A DNA stretch of 64,000 nucleotides from Chiloscyllium plagiosum (Eukaryota), in assembly GCF_004010195.1 (NCBI RefSeq), contig NC_057718.1:41263208-41327207 (forward strand), given 5' to 3'. Made by a program: the position numbers and the translations under genes. The notes under the pieces are model-generated. The model did not search any database. It was not told where the DNA came from and saw only the letters and a list, made by a program, of their open reading frames with translations. Shown here piece after piece: positions 1 to 13,015 of this stretch. The number at the start of each line of letters is the position of its first letter. The stretch's first letter is position 1.

Positions 1-387
1 TCCATTACCTCTAAACTACCCAACAGAACTCTTCAGCTTTCCTCTACTAAGCTTGAAGCTGCCTCTCTTATCCTGAACTCCATTACAATTTCCCTGTATT
101 ACTACCTTCACCCTGCTCCCAGGTCTATGTGCATCTGAATGACCACTCTGACCCTGAACCCTCCAGTTATCCTCCTCCTTGCTTTTGATTGCTACTGTGT
201 CCCATTCCATAAAACCTTTGAATATCCAAACCTAAATCCAGATCTATCCCTCTGAAATTAGCTACCTCCGCTGACTGTTCATTCTGCCACCTACCACCCT
301 CACTCAATCCACATGTTGTAAATATTGACTGCAAAATCCCTTCCCTTTAGGCCTGACACTCATCTAGTATCCCTTCTTGGCATTTCA

Positions 388-830
388 CTGGTATGGAGGG
401 AAGGTCTTATGAGGAAAGGCTGAGGGACTTGAGGCTGTTTTTGCTGGAGAGAAGAAGGTTGAGAGGTGACTTAATAGAGACATTATAAGATAATCAGAGG
501 GTTAGATAGGGTGGACAGAGAGAGCCTTTTTCCAAGTATGGTGACGGTGACCACAAGGGGGCATAGCTTTAAATTGAGGGGTGATAGATATAGGACAGAT
601 GTCAGAGGTAGTTTCTTTACTCAGAGAGTAGTAAGGGTATGGAATGCTTTGCCTGCAACGGTAGTAGATTCGCCAACTTTAAGTACATTTAAGGCGTCAT
701 TGGACAAGCATATGGGTGTACATGGAATAGTGTAGGTTAGATTGGCTTCAGATTGGTATGACAGGTCAGCGCAACATCGAGGGCTGAAGGGCCTGTACTG
801 CGCTGTAATGTTCTATGTTCTATGTTCTAT
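388..830 (+). mobile_element. CR1-clade LINE, 5'-truncated 3' end
   Basis: Encodes the CR1 ORF2 C-terminus (SYEERL..LERRRLRGDL; TRGHSFKL..FFTQRVVRVWNALP) and ends in a (TTCTATG)n tail at about 811-830. Confidence 0.9.
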
Positions 831-889
831 TATTATCACACATAATCTGGTGATGTACCACATAAGAAGATATTCACAGACATTTGGCC

Positions 890-1015
890 AATAAGGTAGA
901 TTTTATAACGAATTATAAAGGCAGAGCAGGAGAGAAGTAGAGGTTGTGAGGTTTAGGGAGGGAATTTCATATCTCAGGCCTATGCAGCTGATGGTACAAA
1001 TGCCAATGGTGGAAA
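890..1015 (-). mobile_element. Degenerate L2-like LINE fragment
   Basis: The 'gaggtttagggagggaatt' motif recurs near 26770; resembles old L2-type 3' sequence (pattern recognition only). Confidence 0.35.
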
Positions 1016-2789
1016 GATTCAGAGAGATTGTTTTGTTGGGGCCGTTTTGATCAGCAAGGTGTATATCCATAATTTATTTCAAGAAAACCTATTGGATAGA
1101 GTGTTGTCAACTTGAAGATAAAGAACAGGGTATTGTGGTAAGTTTAGATGGGTACTGTAGAGAACAGCAAAAGGTCCAGCTGGGGTGAAGTAAATTACAT
1201 ATAACAAAACAATCTTTGCTTCTTTAACATCATGCATGCAAGGGTCATTTCAAAACTCAAAAATAAGCAGTGCAAGATATATTACTTGTCTGGGGGGAAG
1301 CAACACTTTTGACCAAGAAATTCAGCATTTAAAAATTGACTGTAGTGAAAATAATAATTTTACTTTGTTAAACAATTGGGAGCATTTTTACATTCTCAGC
1401 ACAGAAGAAACACCATACAATCCAAGTAAGGTGACACCTGTGAAAATCACATCAGTTAAAGGTGGAAAGAGGATGTGGAAAGGTGGATAGAAAGAGACTG
1501 ATCACTGGGAGGAAGGAATTAAGCAGGTGGAAGTGGATGGACAAATTCAGATACATGGAGTGAAGCCAAGAACCATACACAATTAGAGGTTAGGAGGGGA
1601 GACAAAATCTATAGTACAATATTTGGATATACAGGTATGAATACTTGAAGCACCAAGGACAAGTTAGCAGTCTTAACTGACGACCTCAACATTGTATTGT
1701 CATAATCCCTGTATAGACTGTTAAATTTAGAAGGGAAGAATATTGAACTTGCAGTTGATAGCTGAAAGGATGACACAACAGGATTTCATGGCTCAAGACT
1801 TTTTTCTGTACCAATTGAATGAATTGAATTATTCTCATATTGAAGAGACAGTATTTCTGTAGCTCACTTATACTTTAAACTGCAGAATATTCTTTTTCCT
1901 TTGCACATTTCACACAACTGAAAGCTTTACTTTTCAGGGTACAGTCTCCCTTTATTAAAAATTGAATTCTTCTGAATCTGTCCAAAGTGATTCTTAGCTC
2001 CTTTGGGTTTACTTCTGTTCCTTCTTTTTCCCAGCCTTGCACATTTTAATACCAGAACTGTCTTCCAAGGTAAAGTTGGGCCTGGGGATTCAATAGTGAC
2101 ATTAAATAGTGACCTTGCAACTTTGTTTCAAATTGTTATTGATTTGGTGTCTGTAATCCAAGAGTGAGTCCCCATATACCTTCTTACACAGTGAACCTTA
2201 GAAACTTTCACTATCAAGCTGCTCTCTCGCTCCTAGATCCAGGGTGTCTGTCTGTCAAAGCCCATCTCTATGGAGATATGAATCACATGGTCCTCATATC
2301 TGGACAGAGATGTTGATTAACTGTCTTAAGAAGTAATGGGCTGATTAAAACATAACTGTTTGCAGCCCAATATTCTCAACAAATTCCTATGAAGTTGGAG
2401 ACCAGCAGATTAACCAGCTTAAAAACAAATGCTGCTGCCATGTGTGAATAACATACACCTTCTTTATAGCAAAAGAATGCAGGCCTCTCTTTCAGCTTTG
2501 ACAGCCACTTCACCCAGACCTGATATTAAGGGAATTTTAGAACAGATGATTCCCTTCATATGTCCCATTGTCATTGATCAATAAGCCTTTAAAAGCCACG
2601 TTCATGATATCATCACTGCATCATGGCATGTGACATGAGAGCATAAAGATCTCATTTTCCATCTAATCTTCGAACACTTTAAACCTGACACTTTACTAAT
2701 AGCATGTTGCTCTTTTGCAACATTTTAGCGTAACACTAGCCCGGACACTTATGTGCGTGATGAATTTAATATTTGCATTTCATATTTAA

Positions 2790-2960
2790 ATGTAAAGTAG
2801 TCACCATAGTCTTACCAGACCGTATGGCTGCTCTCTGATTAGAGAGAGCTGACTAGCAGTGGTTTAATCTGAGGACCACCAAAGGTGAGGGGAGATGTTA
2901 TGAAGGGAAATCCATCATGGTAAACTGAGCTGGTGCAGGAACTGAACCAATGCTTCTGAT
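2790..2960 (-). mobile_element. Degenerate tRNA-derived SINE fragment
   Basis: Reverse-strand B-box-like GGTTCAGTTCC at about 2938-2948 followed by a short body ending in T-rich sequence. Confidence 0.4.
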
Positions 2961-2989
2961 GTGACTCTAATAAATGTTTGCTTCATTCT

Positions 2990-5250
2990 TCAATACAACA
3001 ATGTCCACAATGAGTTTCCTATATTACAGATGTTAAACACTGCTACATCAGATAAAACACCCTGTTCAAAGGTAACCCATTCTATTGAAACATGATCTGT
3101 AACCACATGACCTGGCATATTCCCCACTCTATCATGACCATCAAACCAAGGCATCAGCCAATGAAACGTCCAGGAGGGCGTATCAGGAGCTGTGCCAGGC
3201 GTACCTAAAATACTGAGAGTCAACTTGGTGAAGACAAAGGACTACTTGTATGCCAACAGCATCAACAGCAAGTGATAGACACGAATATGTGATTCCACAA
3301 CCAATTCTTCAGATCTAAGCTCTGCAGTGCGGCAATTGTGAATGATAGTGGACAATTCAACAACTCACTGGAGGTGGAGACGCTGCAAATATTCCCATCC
3401 TCAATGATGGGGGAGATCAGCACATTAGTGCATAAGGTAAGGCTGAACCAGGTACTGCAATATTCAGCCAGAAGTTCTGAGTGAATGATCCACCTCATCT
3501 ACTTCTCTGGAGGTCCCTAGTATCACAGATGCCAGTCTTACTAATTCAACTCACTCCGTAAGATGTAGTGAATCAGCTGAGACAAAGGCTGGTAGATCCT
3601 GACAACATTCTGGCGATAATATTGAATACTGGTACTCAAGAACTTTCCACACCATTGACCATGCTGTTTCGGAACACTGGCATCTGTTTGACAATGTGAA
3701 AAATTTCCCAGCTCTGCTCTGTATCTTAAAAACAAAAGGACAAATCCAACTTGGTCAATTACCATCTCCTTAGTTGACTCTCAATCATCAATAAAGTTTA
3801 GATTAGATTAGATTACATTACAGTGTGGAAACAGGCCCTTCGGCCCAACAAGTCAACACCGCCCCGCCGAACCGCAACCCACCCATACCCCTACGGACAA
3901 TTTAGCATGGCCAATTCACCTGACCTGCACATCTTTGGACTGTGGGAGGAAACCGGAGCACCCGGAGGAAACCCACGCAGACACGGGGAGAACGTGCAAA
4001 CTCCACACAGTCAGTCGCCTGAGGCGGGAACTGAACCCGGGTCTCTGGCGCTGTGAGGCAGCAGTGCTAACCACTGTGCCACCGTGCCGCCCAAAGTGAT
4101 GGAATGGGCCATCAACAGTGTTATCAATGTTACTTAACAATAACTTGCTCACTGATACTCGCTTCAGCTGGCCATGGCCATTCAGCTCTTGACCTCATTA
4201 CGGCCCTAATTCAAATGTGGACAAATGAACTGAACTCCAGTGGGCGATAAAAATGACTGCCTTGACAACAAGGCCGAATTTGATCAAGGGAGGCGAAGAG
4301 GAACCTCAGCAAAACCAGAGTCAATGGGAATCAGGAATAAATCTCTCCACAGATTGAGTCATATCTGGCCTCAAAGGTTGTCATCTGTGACTGTCAGTCA
4401 TCTCAGCTTCAGCAAACCGTTGCAGGAGTTCCTCAGGATAGTGAGGTGAATCCAATCATCTCCAGTTTCTTCATCAATGACCTTTGCTCCATCATAAGGT
4501 CAGACCTGGAGACATTCACTGATGATTGCACAATGTTCAGCATCATTCATAACTCCTCAGATATTGAGGCAGTCCACGTCCAAATGCAGCAAGACCTGGA
4601 CAATAACTAACTTCCTTGGCAAGTGGCAAGTAACATTTATGCCATTCATGTGCCAGGCAATGACCATAGCCAGCAAAAGAGAATCTAACCATTGTCCCAT
4701 GAACTTCAAAACCATTGCTAATGTTGAAACCAGCACCATCACCATTCTGGAGTTTATCATTGATCAGAAACAGAACTGGGCTAGCCATGTAAATACCATG
4801 GCTGCAAGAGCCAACCAGAGACTAGGAATTCTGCAGTGAGTAACTCATTTCTTGACTCTCCAAAGCCTGTCCACCATCTACAAGGCACAAATCAGGAGTG
4901 CGATGAAATATTTCCTACTTGCCTGGATGTGTGCAGCTTGACACCATCAGTTGGTATCATCTGCAAGGAATGTTACAGAAATTCCCTCAAGCTCCTTAGA
5001 GAGCCTTCCAAACACCTTCCAAACCTACAACTATGACCACATAATGAAGAAGGGTATCAGATGCATGAGAATAACACCACCTGCAAGTCCCCCTCAAAAC
5101 AGCACACTATCCTGAATTGGAAACATATCACCTTCCCTTCAGTGCCGCTGGGTCAAATTTCTGGAACACCCTCCCTGACAACATTGTAGGAATATTTACA
5201 CAAAATGGACTGCAGTGATTCAAGAAGGCAGCTCACTACCACACTCTCCA
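2990..5250 (+). mobile_element. Degenerate CR1/L2-group LINE with reverse-transcriptase remnants, interrupted by a SINE
   Basis: About 4420-4530 reads GVPQDS...FINDL...FTDDC (decayed QGS and FADD motifs); downstream KWQVTF and ARANQRLGIL. The same family occurs on the minus strand at 37455-38155. Confidence 0.8.
3798..4092 (-). mobile_element. HE1-type V-SINE, near full length
   Basis: Reverse strand starts GGGCGGCACGGTGGCACAGTGGTTAGCAC (A box), has B box GGTTCAGTTCC, V-domain core GGGTTTCCTCCGGGTGCTCCGGTTTCCTCCC and a (TAATC)n tail; AAAGT duplicated at 3793-3797 and 4093-4097. Confidence 0.92.
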
Positions 5251-7644
5251 AAAGCATTAGCCTAGCTCTACAAGTCTACTTCAGTGGCATTACCACTACA
5301 TCACTGTCTTTCCCTTTAGTAAGAGAAATCGAGACCTTAGGACCTTTGGCTGAAGGAGCCATTGTGGAGCAGAGGATGCACAAGTGTACAGACTTGGAGA
5401 GATTCAGAGGTCTGAGCCTGTTTGAAGGCTGGGGGAGTTCAAAGAGATAGCTTACAAGACCCCAAGAGAGATTTAAACAGAAAAGGATAAGAAATATATA
5501 GCCAAGGAATTTGTGGAGTATGGTTCAGTGTAGATGAACAGATGCAGAAATAATGGGTGAGAGGGAGTAGAATAAGGTGATGCAGGTTCCAACTGGTTGA
5601 ATGCAAACTGATCAAGTAGTTCTTCACACACTGTAATTAATGATTGAAATGGGTTCCTGGATGGAGTTAAGGAGAAAACAACTTTGGTAACACTGAAGAA
5701 TCAATATAGTATCACAATTGGATATGGTGATGGGGACGGCATTTACTGGACACATGACCTAAATTGATTTAGTTGGCTGGTTTTAAAACTATTTACATTA
5801 TAATTTTGCAAAGGGAATTTCTTCACTTGTGTTCCTAGTGATTACCTCAAGCATGATATCGGCAGAGACCAAGGGAACGATTTTCATGTCAGAGACAGAA
5901 ATCAGGAATGAATGATCTCCATTATGATCCCACCTCGGTCTCGAGGCTGCTGATTGGTTTGATCTTTTGAGGTGGATTGGTGGTAGGTGATGTCAGTGGC
6001 AGAAATGGGACAGGGCATCCCAGAATCAGCAGGTCCAATGATCTCTTCCATTCTCAAAAATCCTCTGTCTGGTTCTTCCCATGCAATCTCCAGCTTTTCT
6101 ATGTTCAGTTAAAACTTTTGAATCCCTCTTCAAACTTTACCCTCATACCTCCCTTAACTCCTCACCCTCATCCTCCCATGGCTCTCAATCATTAACCACT
6201 AAATGAACAGAACACACTGTGTATAATCAACAATTAGAAGCTGTTGAATAGCCTGCAAAACTCCTGAGTAAACAAATAAGATTCTTTCAATCAACTGTGT
6301 AGCAGTTGGATTTCAGCAAACAACCCATAAAACTCAGAGTAAACAGTTTTCAGAACCACTAGCTCAACAGATGTCTAAAAGCAATGGGGAAAGTCTAAAC
6401 ATTTACACCTGAAACACTCCTTTCCTCATCCCATTGAAAAATGGCTGAAGATGGGAATGGAAGCAGGGATTCTGATCATTGAGCTTTGTTGCCACCTTTA
6501 CTGGACATTGAGTGCACTCTCTGGCTACTAATTGGCTGGGACAAAACACAGTGAGTGACTGTTTCCCACATAGTTTAAGCTTTTGATCACACTTGATCCT
6601 GATAATGGGGTTCAGAAGCCCACAGGGAAATCCTGCCCCAAAGTGTAGCTCACCCTTTCAGGCACATTTGACGTATGGATCTGGAGGAGAAAAGGTGGGT
6701 TAAGGGTGGAGTTAACTTGGTGAAAAAAAATAGCAAATTCCCTGTGTAAAAACTGTTTCCAATACGGAAAGCCAAAAACATAATTTGAGCTCGGTTTCCA
6801 GAGATCAAAAGCAGCTTTGTACTTCTCCGACTAAAATACCTGAAAAATATTACGACTATAAAAGCCAGTATGACCACAAAATGTTCCAGACTCTTTGGAG
6901 GTGTCTGAATGACAAACCAGTCAAATCTGTTTATGCAATTTAGAGAGTGAGGGTGGGGGGCTTCAAGCCACAGAGATGATTAGCAAAGTGGAGTCTTAGA
7001 CCCAGTAAATAGGTGAGAGTCTGGGCTAATGGGGCCAGTTTCAGGGGAAGTTCTGAGATTAAAGAATTAATATTACAGAGTTGTCTCACAACATTTTGAT
7101 TTAAAAAAACAGTCCTGCCTCTATTTGGGTATTCAGATTCTGTTTAAAAGCTAGATTTTCTGTAAATAATTGCCTTACACTTGCAAATAACATTATCCAG
7201 GTCATATTTTAGGGGTTTCAACATTTGGCTGGAGTGTTTCAGAGAATCAGAATTTTGAAACGCTGCTTTTCATTGAGCATCAGATCAAACATTTCAGGAA
7301 GATATATTTTCAAAGGAACTCTGTCTTCATGAAACAAAAATAAACAGAAAAAGCCAGAAGAGCTAAAAGTTCCTGTATATTAGTCGTGGTAGTGCACAGT
7401 TTTAAAGCAATTTAAGTTATTAGGTGGTGTGCTTGTAACAAAGTCTGTAAGGTACATCTTCATGAAGGTGATGAAATACCTAAAATACCTGGTATCATTT
7501 CTGGATGCAATAGTTTGCCTGTCGCAGCTTATTTAAAACTCCACTGGACTGACCAACCAGGAGGCAGTTCCAAAATGTGCCACATGAAAAGATTTTGAAA
7601 ATGTTTCAATCCAGTTTCCGATTGCCACGAACACACATTACACA

Positions 7645-7781
7645 ATAAAAACTGAAAGAACTGCGGATGCTGTAAATCAGAAACAAAACAGAAATTGTTG
7701 GATAAGCTCAGCAGGTCTGGCAGCATCTGTGGAGAGAAATTGGAGTTAATGTTTCGGGTCGCGTAACCCTTCCTCAGAACT
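7645..7781 (-). mobile_element. Solo Penelope-like terminal repeat (pLTR) fragment with hammerhead core
   Basis: Reverse strand reads CTGAGGA-AGGGT-TACGCG-ACCC-GAAAC (7751-7777), then GATGCTGCCAGACCTGCTG as in the other PLE ends. Confidence 0.75.
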
Positions 7782-8019
7782 ATCCCTAATTCAGCATCAG
7801 TTGATAATCTCAAGTAGGAGTGGGAACTGAACAAACTGGGAATCCCAAACTGTGAAGTGGCAAGATCTGGATTTTGGGGAACTCTGACTAATTTCTGACT
7901 ACTTGCATTTTTCGTAGTTAGGTCTGGCCTAACAGATGGCTCTTTGAGGCCTAGTTGCCTCTGCTGCTGCTGGAAGGACCTATAGAAAGGTAGGTCTTCA
8001 TTATTTTTCTGTAGAAAAC

Positions 8020-8560
8020 CTATAGTCAGGATCGTAATGCATGAATAATCATGATCCTACTGCAGTAATAATCAGAATTGTAGTGCTTCAATCATTAGGA
8101 GTATTGCTTCAATGCTCAGAGTTCTATGACATAAATAATCAGGGTCCTAATACATTCATAATCAGAGTTATATTGTATTAAGATTTGGATACTACTATGT
8201 TCATAATTAGGAAGTTATTACATTAACAGTCTCATGCCTGGTGCATTAAGGATCAGGGTTTTATTGCATATATAAATCAGTGTCCTATTGCATAAAGAAT
8301 CAAGATCTAATTACATTAATTACATAGTTTTTGAAATTGTCAGCTGCCTTATGATTCAACAATCAGGAAGTTATTGCATTAATAATCAGCACGGAAGCAC
8401 ACTAACAATCAGAATTATTTCAATTAATATTCAGCATCTTGTTGTATCAATTATCAAGAGCCAATTGCATTAAAATCATTTACCAATTGCATTAATAATC
8501 AAGGTCTTGCAAGATTAATTATCACAACACTATTATATTAATAATCAGAATCCAAATACT
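8020..8560. repeat. Degenerate AT-rich minisatellite, about 21-23-bp unit (TTGCATTAATAATCAG core)
   Basis: Recurring taataatcag / ttgcattaa motifs at roughly regular spacing. Confidence 0.6.
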
Positions 8561-9234
8561 ATCGTAATGAGTTAATAGTCACCCCCAAAGCATAATAGCT
8601 GAAACCACATTCATAACCAGTCCCTTCCCCCCAATAGAACCTAATAGAAGGCAGAACTCTCACGTGAATGTGATGGGAATGACAAGGTGGCTGACAGGCA
8701 TTGTGGAATTCATTGCTGCAGGTGTACAGCACCAATTCCCAGCACCGAGGTAAGTAATGAGGTGAGGTGTCCCAAAGCAATCATGGTCAGAAAAGGCATG
8801 AGAAACCCAGCTCCAGTATTTCCTTGTGGGACCTGGAGATTTCCCCTATTTATTAAAACCAGCTTTTACTGACCGAAAGCCCATATCAGTATTGCAAACC
8901 AATAAGTAGTTACAGGGGTCCACTAACCTGTGCTCTCTGAACAAAGTCTATTAGCACTATGCTGATCAGATATCCAGGTCCCCCGCAGTGATGTTACACT
9001 GGAGGCATTGTTAAATATTTCAGTGTGTGATTTCTTTCCTCTTTAGTAATATGGTGACCTGCCTTGCAGAGTGTTATGTTTTGTGGCTGCATCCAGTGGT
9101 ACCATCTGAGATGCCTGGGGTCGATTCACAACGACCAGTTCTTCTTATTAATATTAGTCTAAGTTATTAATATCAAGTGGGAAAGGATGCCCACATGAAG
9201 TCTTTGGCTGAAAGAGTCGTTCAATCTTGTGACA

Positions 9235-9348
9235 TCATGGTAGTGGCACAATAATAGTGTGCCTACTTCTGAGCTAGGCAATTTGGATTCAAGTCTTACC
9301 TACTCCAGCGATGTGTAACACCATCTCTGAACAGGCTGATTAGGAAAT
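9235..9348 (+). mobile_element. Short degenerate tRNA-derived SINE
   Basis: A-box-like TGGCACAATAATAG and B-box-like GGATTCAAGTC; ends gctgattaggaaat; a related copy lies at about 20753-20880. Confidence 0.45.
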
Positions 9349-10030
9349 GTCTACATTGAGGGCATTCTCAGCATGCATACGTTTTTGAGTGGTGTACCAT
9401 GCAATTCCCTGTCAAAAGGTTGCAGTTTTATTTTCTTCAACTAAAGGTTTTTTTTCTCGCTTCAGTTAATACTGTGACCTTTGCTCCAGTGTCAATGAAT
9501 TGGATGGTTGAGTCTCTCTCAGAACTGGCTCAGAAAAGTCACCTTGGAATAATTGAGTTGCATCTTCTAAAGGTATTATCTCATCATATAATCATAGGTG
9601 TTATATAATGACATGTCTTGGTAGTTTGGGATTTCTTCCAAAATTGCTTGTGTTAACCTTATTGTGCAAGTAAGCATTATTAGTTCTGTGATTCAAAGAT
9701 TATTTTTGATTCTTTTCATGTTCTCTGAAAAAGTCTCATTTTCTCAGAAAGATTGCATTGGTATGGTAAAGCTGGATGTTGTTTCTCATTATATGATTTT
9801 TTAAGTTCTCATCTAAAACATGAGGTAGAACCTCCCCAGCCCCTGAATTATGGAGACATTGGGAAAATAGGGTGAAATCGGCAGAAATGAGACTCTTGGC
9901 ATAAAGAATAGAAAGTCAAATTCTTCAACCAAGTTTTAAACAGCAAAGCAAACATCTTCCTAGTTTCTGAATCACTTAACCTTGCTGCATTAGTATGCAG
10001 TTTCCCATGCTTCTGATTGAAACTAGATAA

Positions 10031-11631
10031 TGACCAAATTTGCACCCCAATATGCCAACATTTTTATGCACAGGTTCGAACAAGACTTCTTCTCTATGCA
10101 GGATCTCCAACCAACATTGTACACCAGGTACATTGACGACATTTTCTTCCTCTGGACCCATGGCGAGGAGTCACTGTTAAAACTACACAGTGATATCAAC
10201 AAGTTTCATCCTACCATCAAACTCACCATGGACTACTCTCGACTATCTGTCTCATTCTTGGACACATGCGTCTCCATCAAGGATGGACACCTCAGCACCA
10301 CACTCTACCGCAAACCCACAGACAACCTCACAATGCTACACTTTCCAGCTTCCACCCAAAACATATTAGAACAGCCATCCCCTATGGATAAGCCCTACGC
10401 ATACACCGGATCTGCTCAGATGAGAAGGAACGTGACGTACACCTTGAAGTACTCAAGGATGCCCTCACAAGAACGGGTACGATGCTCAACTCTTTGACCG
10501 CCACTTCCGACGTGCCACAGCAAGGAACCGTAATGACCTCCTCAGGAGACAGACACGTGCTGCAACTGACAGGGTACCCTTCGTTGTTCAGTACTTCCCA
10601 GGAACTGAAAAATTACGCCATGTTCTTCGTGATCTGCAACACATTATCATTGAGGATGAGCACCTCACCAAGACCTTCTCCACACCTCCACTACTTGCCT
10701 TTAAACAACCGCCAAACCTCAAACAGATCATTGTTCGTAGCAAACTGCCCGGCTCTCAGGACAACTCCATACAACCCTGTCACGGTGGACGCTGCAAGAC
10801 GTGTCAGATTGTGGACATAGATACCACTATTACGTGTGGGAACACCTCCCATCTTGTATATGGCATGTACTCATGTGACTCAGCCAACGTTGTCTATCTT
10901 ATATGTTGCAGGCAAGGATGCCCGGAGGCATGGTACATTGGGAAAACCGAGCAAAGGCTACGACAACGGATGAATGGGCACCACACAACAATCAACAGAC
11001 AGGAGGGTTCCCTCCCAGTTGGGGAACACTTCAGTGGTCCAGGATATTCTAGCTTTCGGAGCGACGCTCCTTCATCAGGTGATTGTGGAGGGCTCGATCG
11101 TAACACAGAATTTATAGCAAACGTTTGCAGTGTGATGTAACTGAAATTATATATTGAAGAATTGATTGTCTGTTAAGCCTTTCATCTGTTAGAATACAGT
11201 GATAGTTTCACTTCTTTCATGTGTAAATCACAAAACCTTTTTTTTTAAAGTTGCATTCTCGGGTTAGCTGTTAACAATGGTGATAGCTAGACAATATTTT
11301 GAAGGTGTGGGCCCACACCTTCAACATATTGTCTAGCTATCACCATTGTTAACAGCTAACCCAAGAATGCAACTTTTTTTAAAAAAAGTTTTTGTGATTT
11401 ACACATGAAAGAAGTGAAACTATCACTGTATTCTAACAGATGAAAGGCTTAACAGACAATCAATTTTTCAATGTATAATTTCAGTTACATCACACTGTAA
11501 ATTTTTGCCATAAATTCTGTGTTATGATCGAGCCCTCCACTATCACCTGATGAAGGACCGACGCTCCGAAAGCTAGTGTGTTTCCAATTAAACCTGTTGG
11601 ACTATAACCTGGTGTTGTGTGATTTTTAACT
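10031..11631 (+). mobile_element. Penelope-like retroelement (Neptune-type), 5'-truncated, with fold-back 3' region
   Basis: RT motifs APQYANIFM, RYIDDIF, FLD and LYRKPT; Cys linker CHGGRCKTC; GIY-YIG NVVYLICC..WYIGKT..LRQRMNGH; frameshifted. Hammerhead cores at 11053-11078 (-) and 11547-11572 (+). Confidence 0.93.
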
Positions 11632-12464
11632 AACTATAAGTCAGTATGGATACTTAACAACACCTTGCTGCTTCTTAGGTCTCCACTTTGACAGCAGTCA
11701 CCAATATCTCAGGGTTTGCTCCATGCCCAGCAAGCGCCTGCAATCTTCAACTCCGGAGGTCGGCTACAGTCAGGTACTGGCCTCAGAGTATGATTTGTTG
11801 TGGTATGCTCTGCCAATCTCCTGCCTGCACCATTTTCCAGCAGCTTACATGGCAAGAACATAACATGTGTTTCAACCAAATGGCCATGTCTCAAGGTCTA
11901 AGGCATGAAGTCCTCAGTCAGGCCAAAGAAGAAAGCATTCAGGCAGAGGGTCCTGGCACAGTCAATCAAGTGCATTATCTAATATCAGTCCAAGGGCTTG
12001 GACATGTTCAGTTGTCCAATCTGGCTATCGTGGGAAGTCAGTTTAGGAGCTGGACAGAGATCAGTCAGGAATGTGGTCAGTCATGAGTGCGAGGTGTCCA
12101 TTTATGTTAGTCACAGTCAATCCTGGGATTCACTGGAAGCGTGATCAATGGATTTAGCTATACAGTAGTAGGGGTTGTTTTACTATAGCTGCAGTGCTGT
12201 GAAAGCACAGAGAAATGGAAGAGGGAGATATGCAGCAACAGCCCAGGGCCTGCACAAACCGCCAGCCTTTACGTGAATGCATCACAGTCCTAGAGGTGTG
12301 GAGGAGATACAGGAGACCCAGGAGCTATCATCCTCAGTAACAGTTCCTTTCAATGAGTGAGGTACACTGTTGCCACAGACTGAGGATGTCATGGGACACT
12401 GTCATAGAACTTTGATGGCTGCACACAAATGTATTTACAATTGCACACTTGTCTTTACCAATTA

Positions 12465-13015
12465 TGATGTGGAGGAGCTGATGTTGAACTGGGGTGGACA
12501 AAGATAAAAATCAGAGTCGAGTGTGGTGCTGGAAAGGCACAGCAGGTCAGGCAGCATCTGAGGAGCAGGAGAATCGACGTTTCGGGCAAGAGCCCTTCTT
12601 CAGGGATGAGGCTTGTGGGCCAAAGAGATAAATGGGTAGGACTGGGGCTGGGGGGGGAAGGTAGCTGGCAATGTGATAGGTAGATGAAGGTGGGAGGGAA
12701 AGGCGATAGATTGGAAAGGAGAGTTAGGCGGAAAGGTGGTAAGAAAGATAGACAGGTTAAGAAGGCTGTGCCAAGTTGGAGGCTGGGTACTGTGATAAGG
12801 TGTGGGGAGGGATGAAGGGCTTATGCCCAAAACGTCGATTCTCCTGCTTCTTAGATGCTGCCTGACCTGCTGTGCTTTTCCGGCACCACACTCTCCACTC
12901 TGATATCCAGCATCTGCAGTCCTCACTTTCTCCAAAGTTAAAAATCACACAACATCAGGTTAGAGTCCAACAGGTTTATTTGGAAGTACTAGCTTTCGGA
13001 GCGATGCTCCATCAT
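12465..13015. mobile_element. Nested PLE remnants: an inverted-pLTR insertion (12514-12933) inside an older pLTR fragment
   Basis: AAAGATAAAAATCA (12500-12513) and AAAGTTAAAAATCA (12934-12947) flank a unit with inverted pLTR ends; hammerhead core at 12579-12603 (-). Confidence 0.75.

Noticed and set aside
4020-4092. tRNA gene suggested by A/B boxes
   Set aside because: It is the tRNA-derived head of a SINE, continuous with the V-domain and tail.
6660-6682. DPYVK, a C2-domain-like motif on the minus strand
   Set aside because: A stop codon follows two residues later in that frame.
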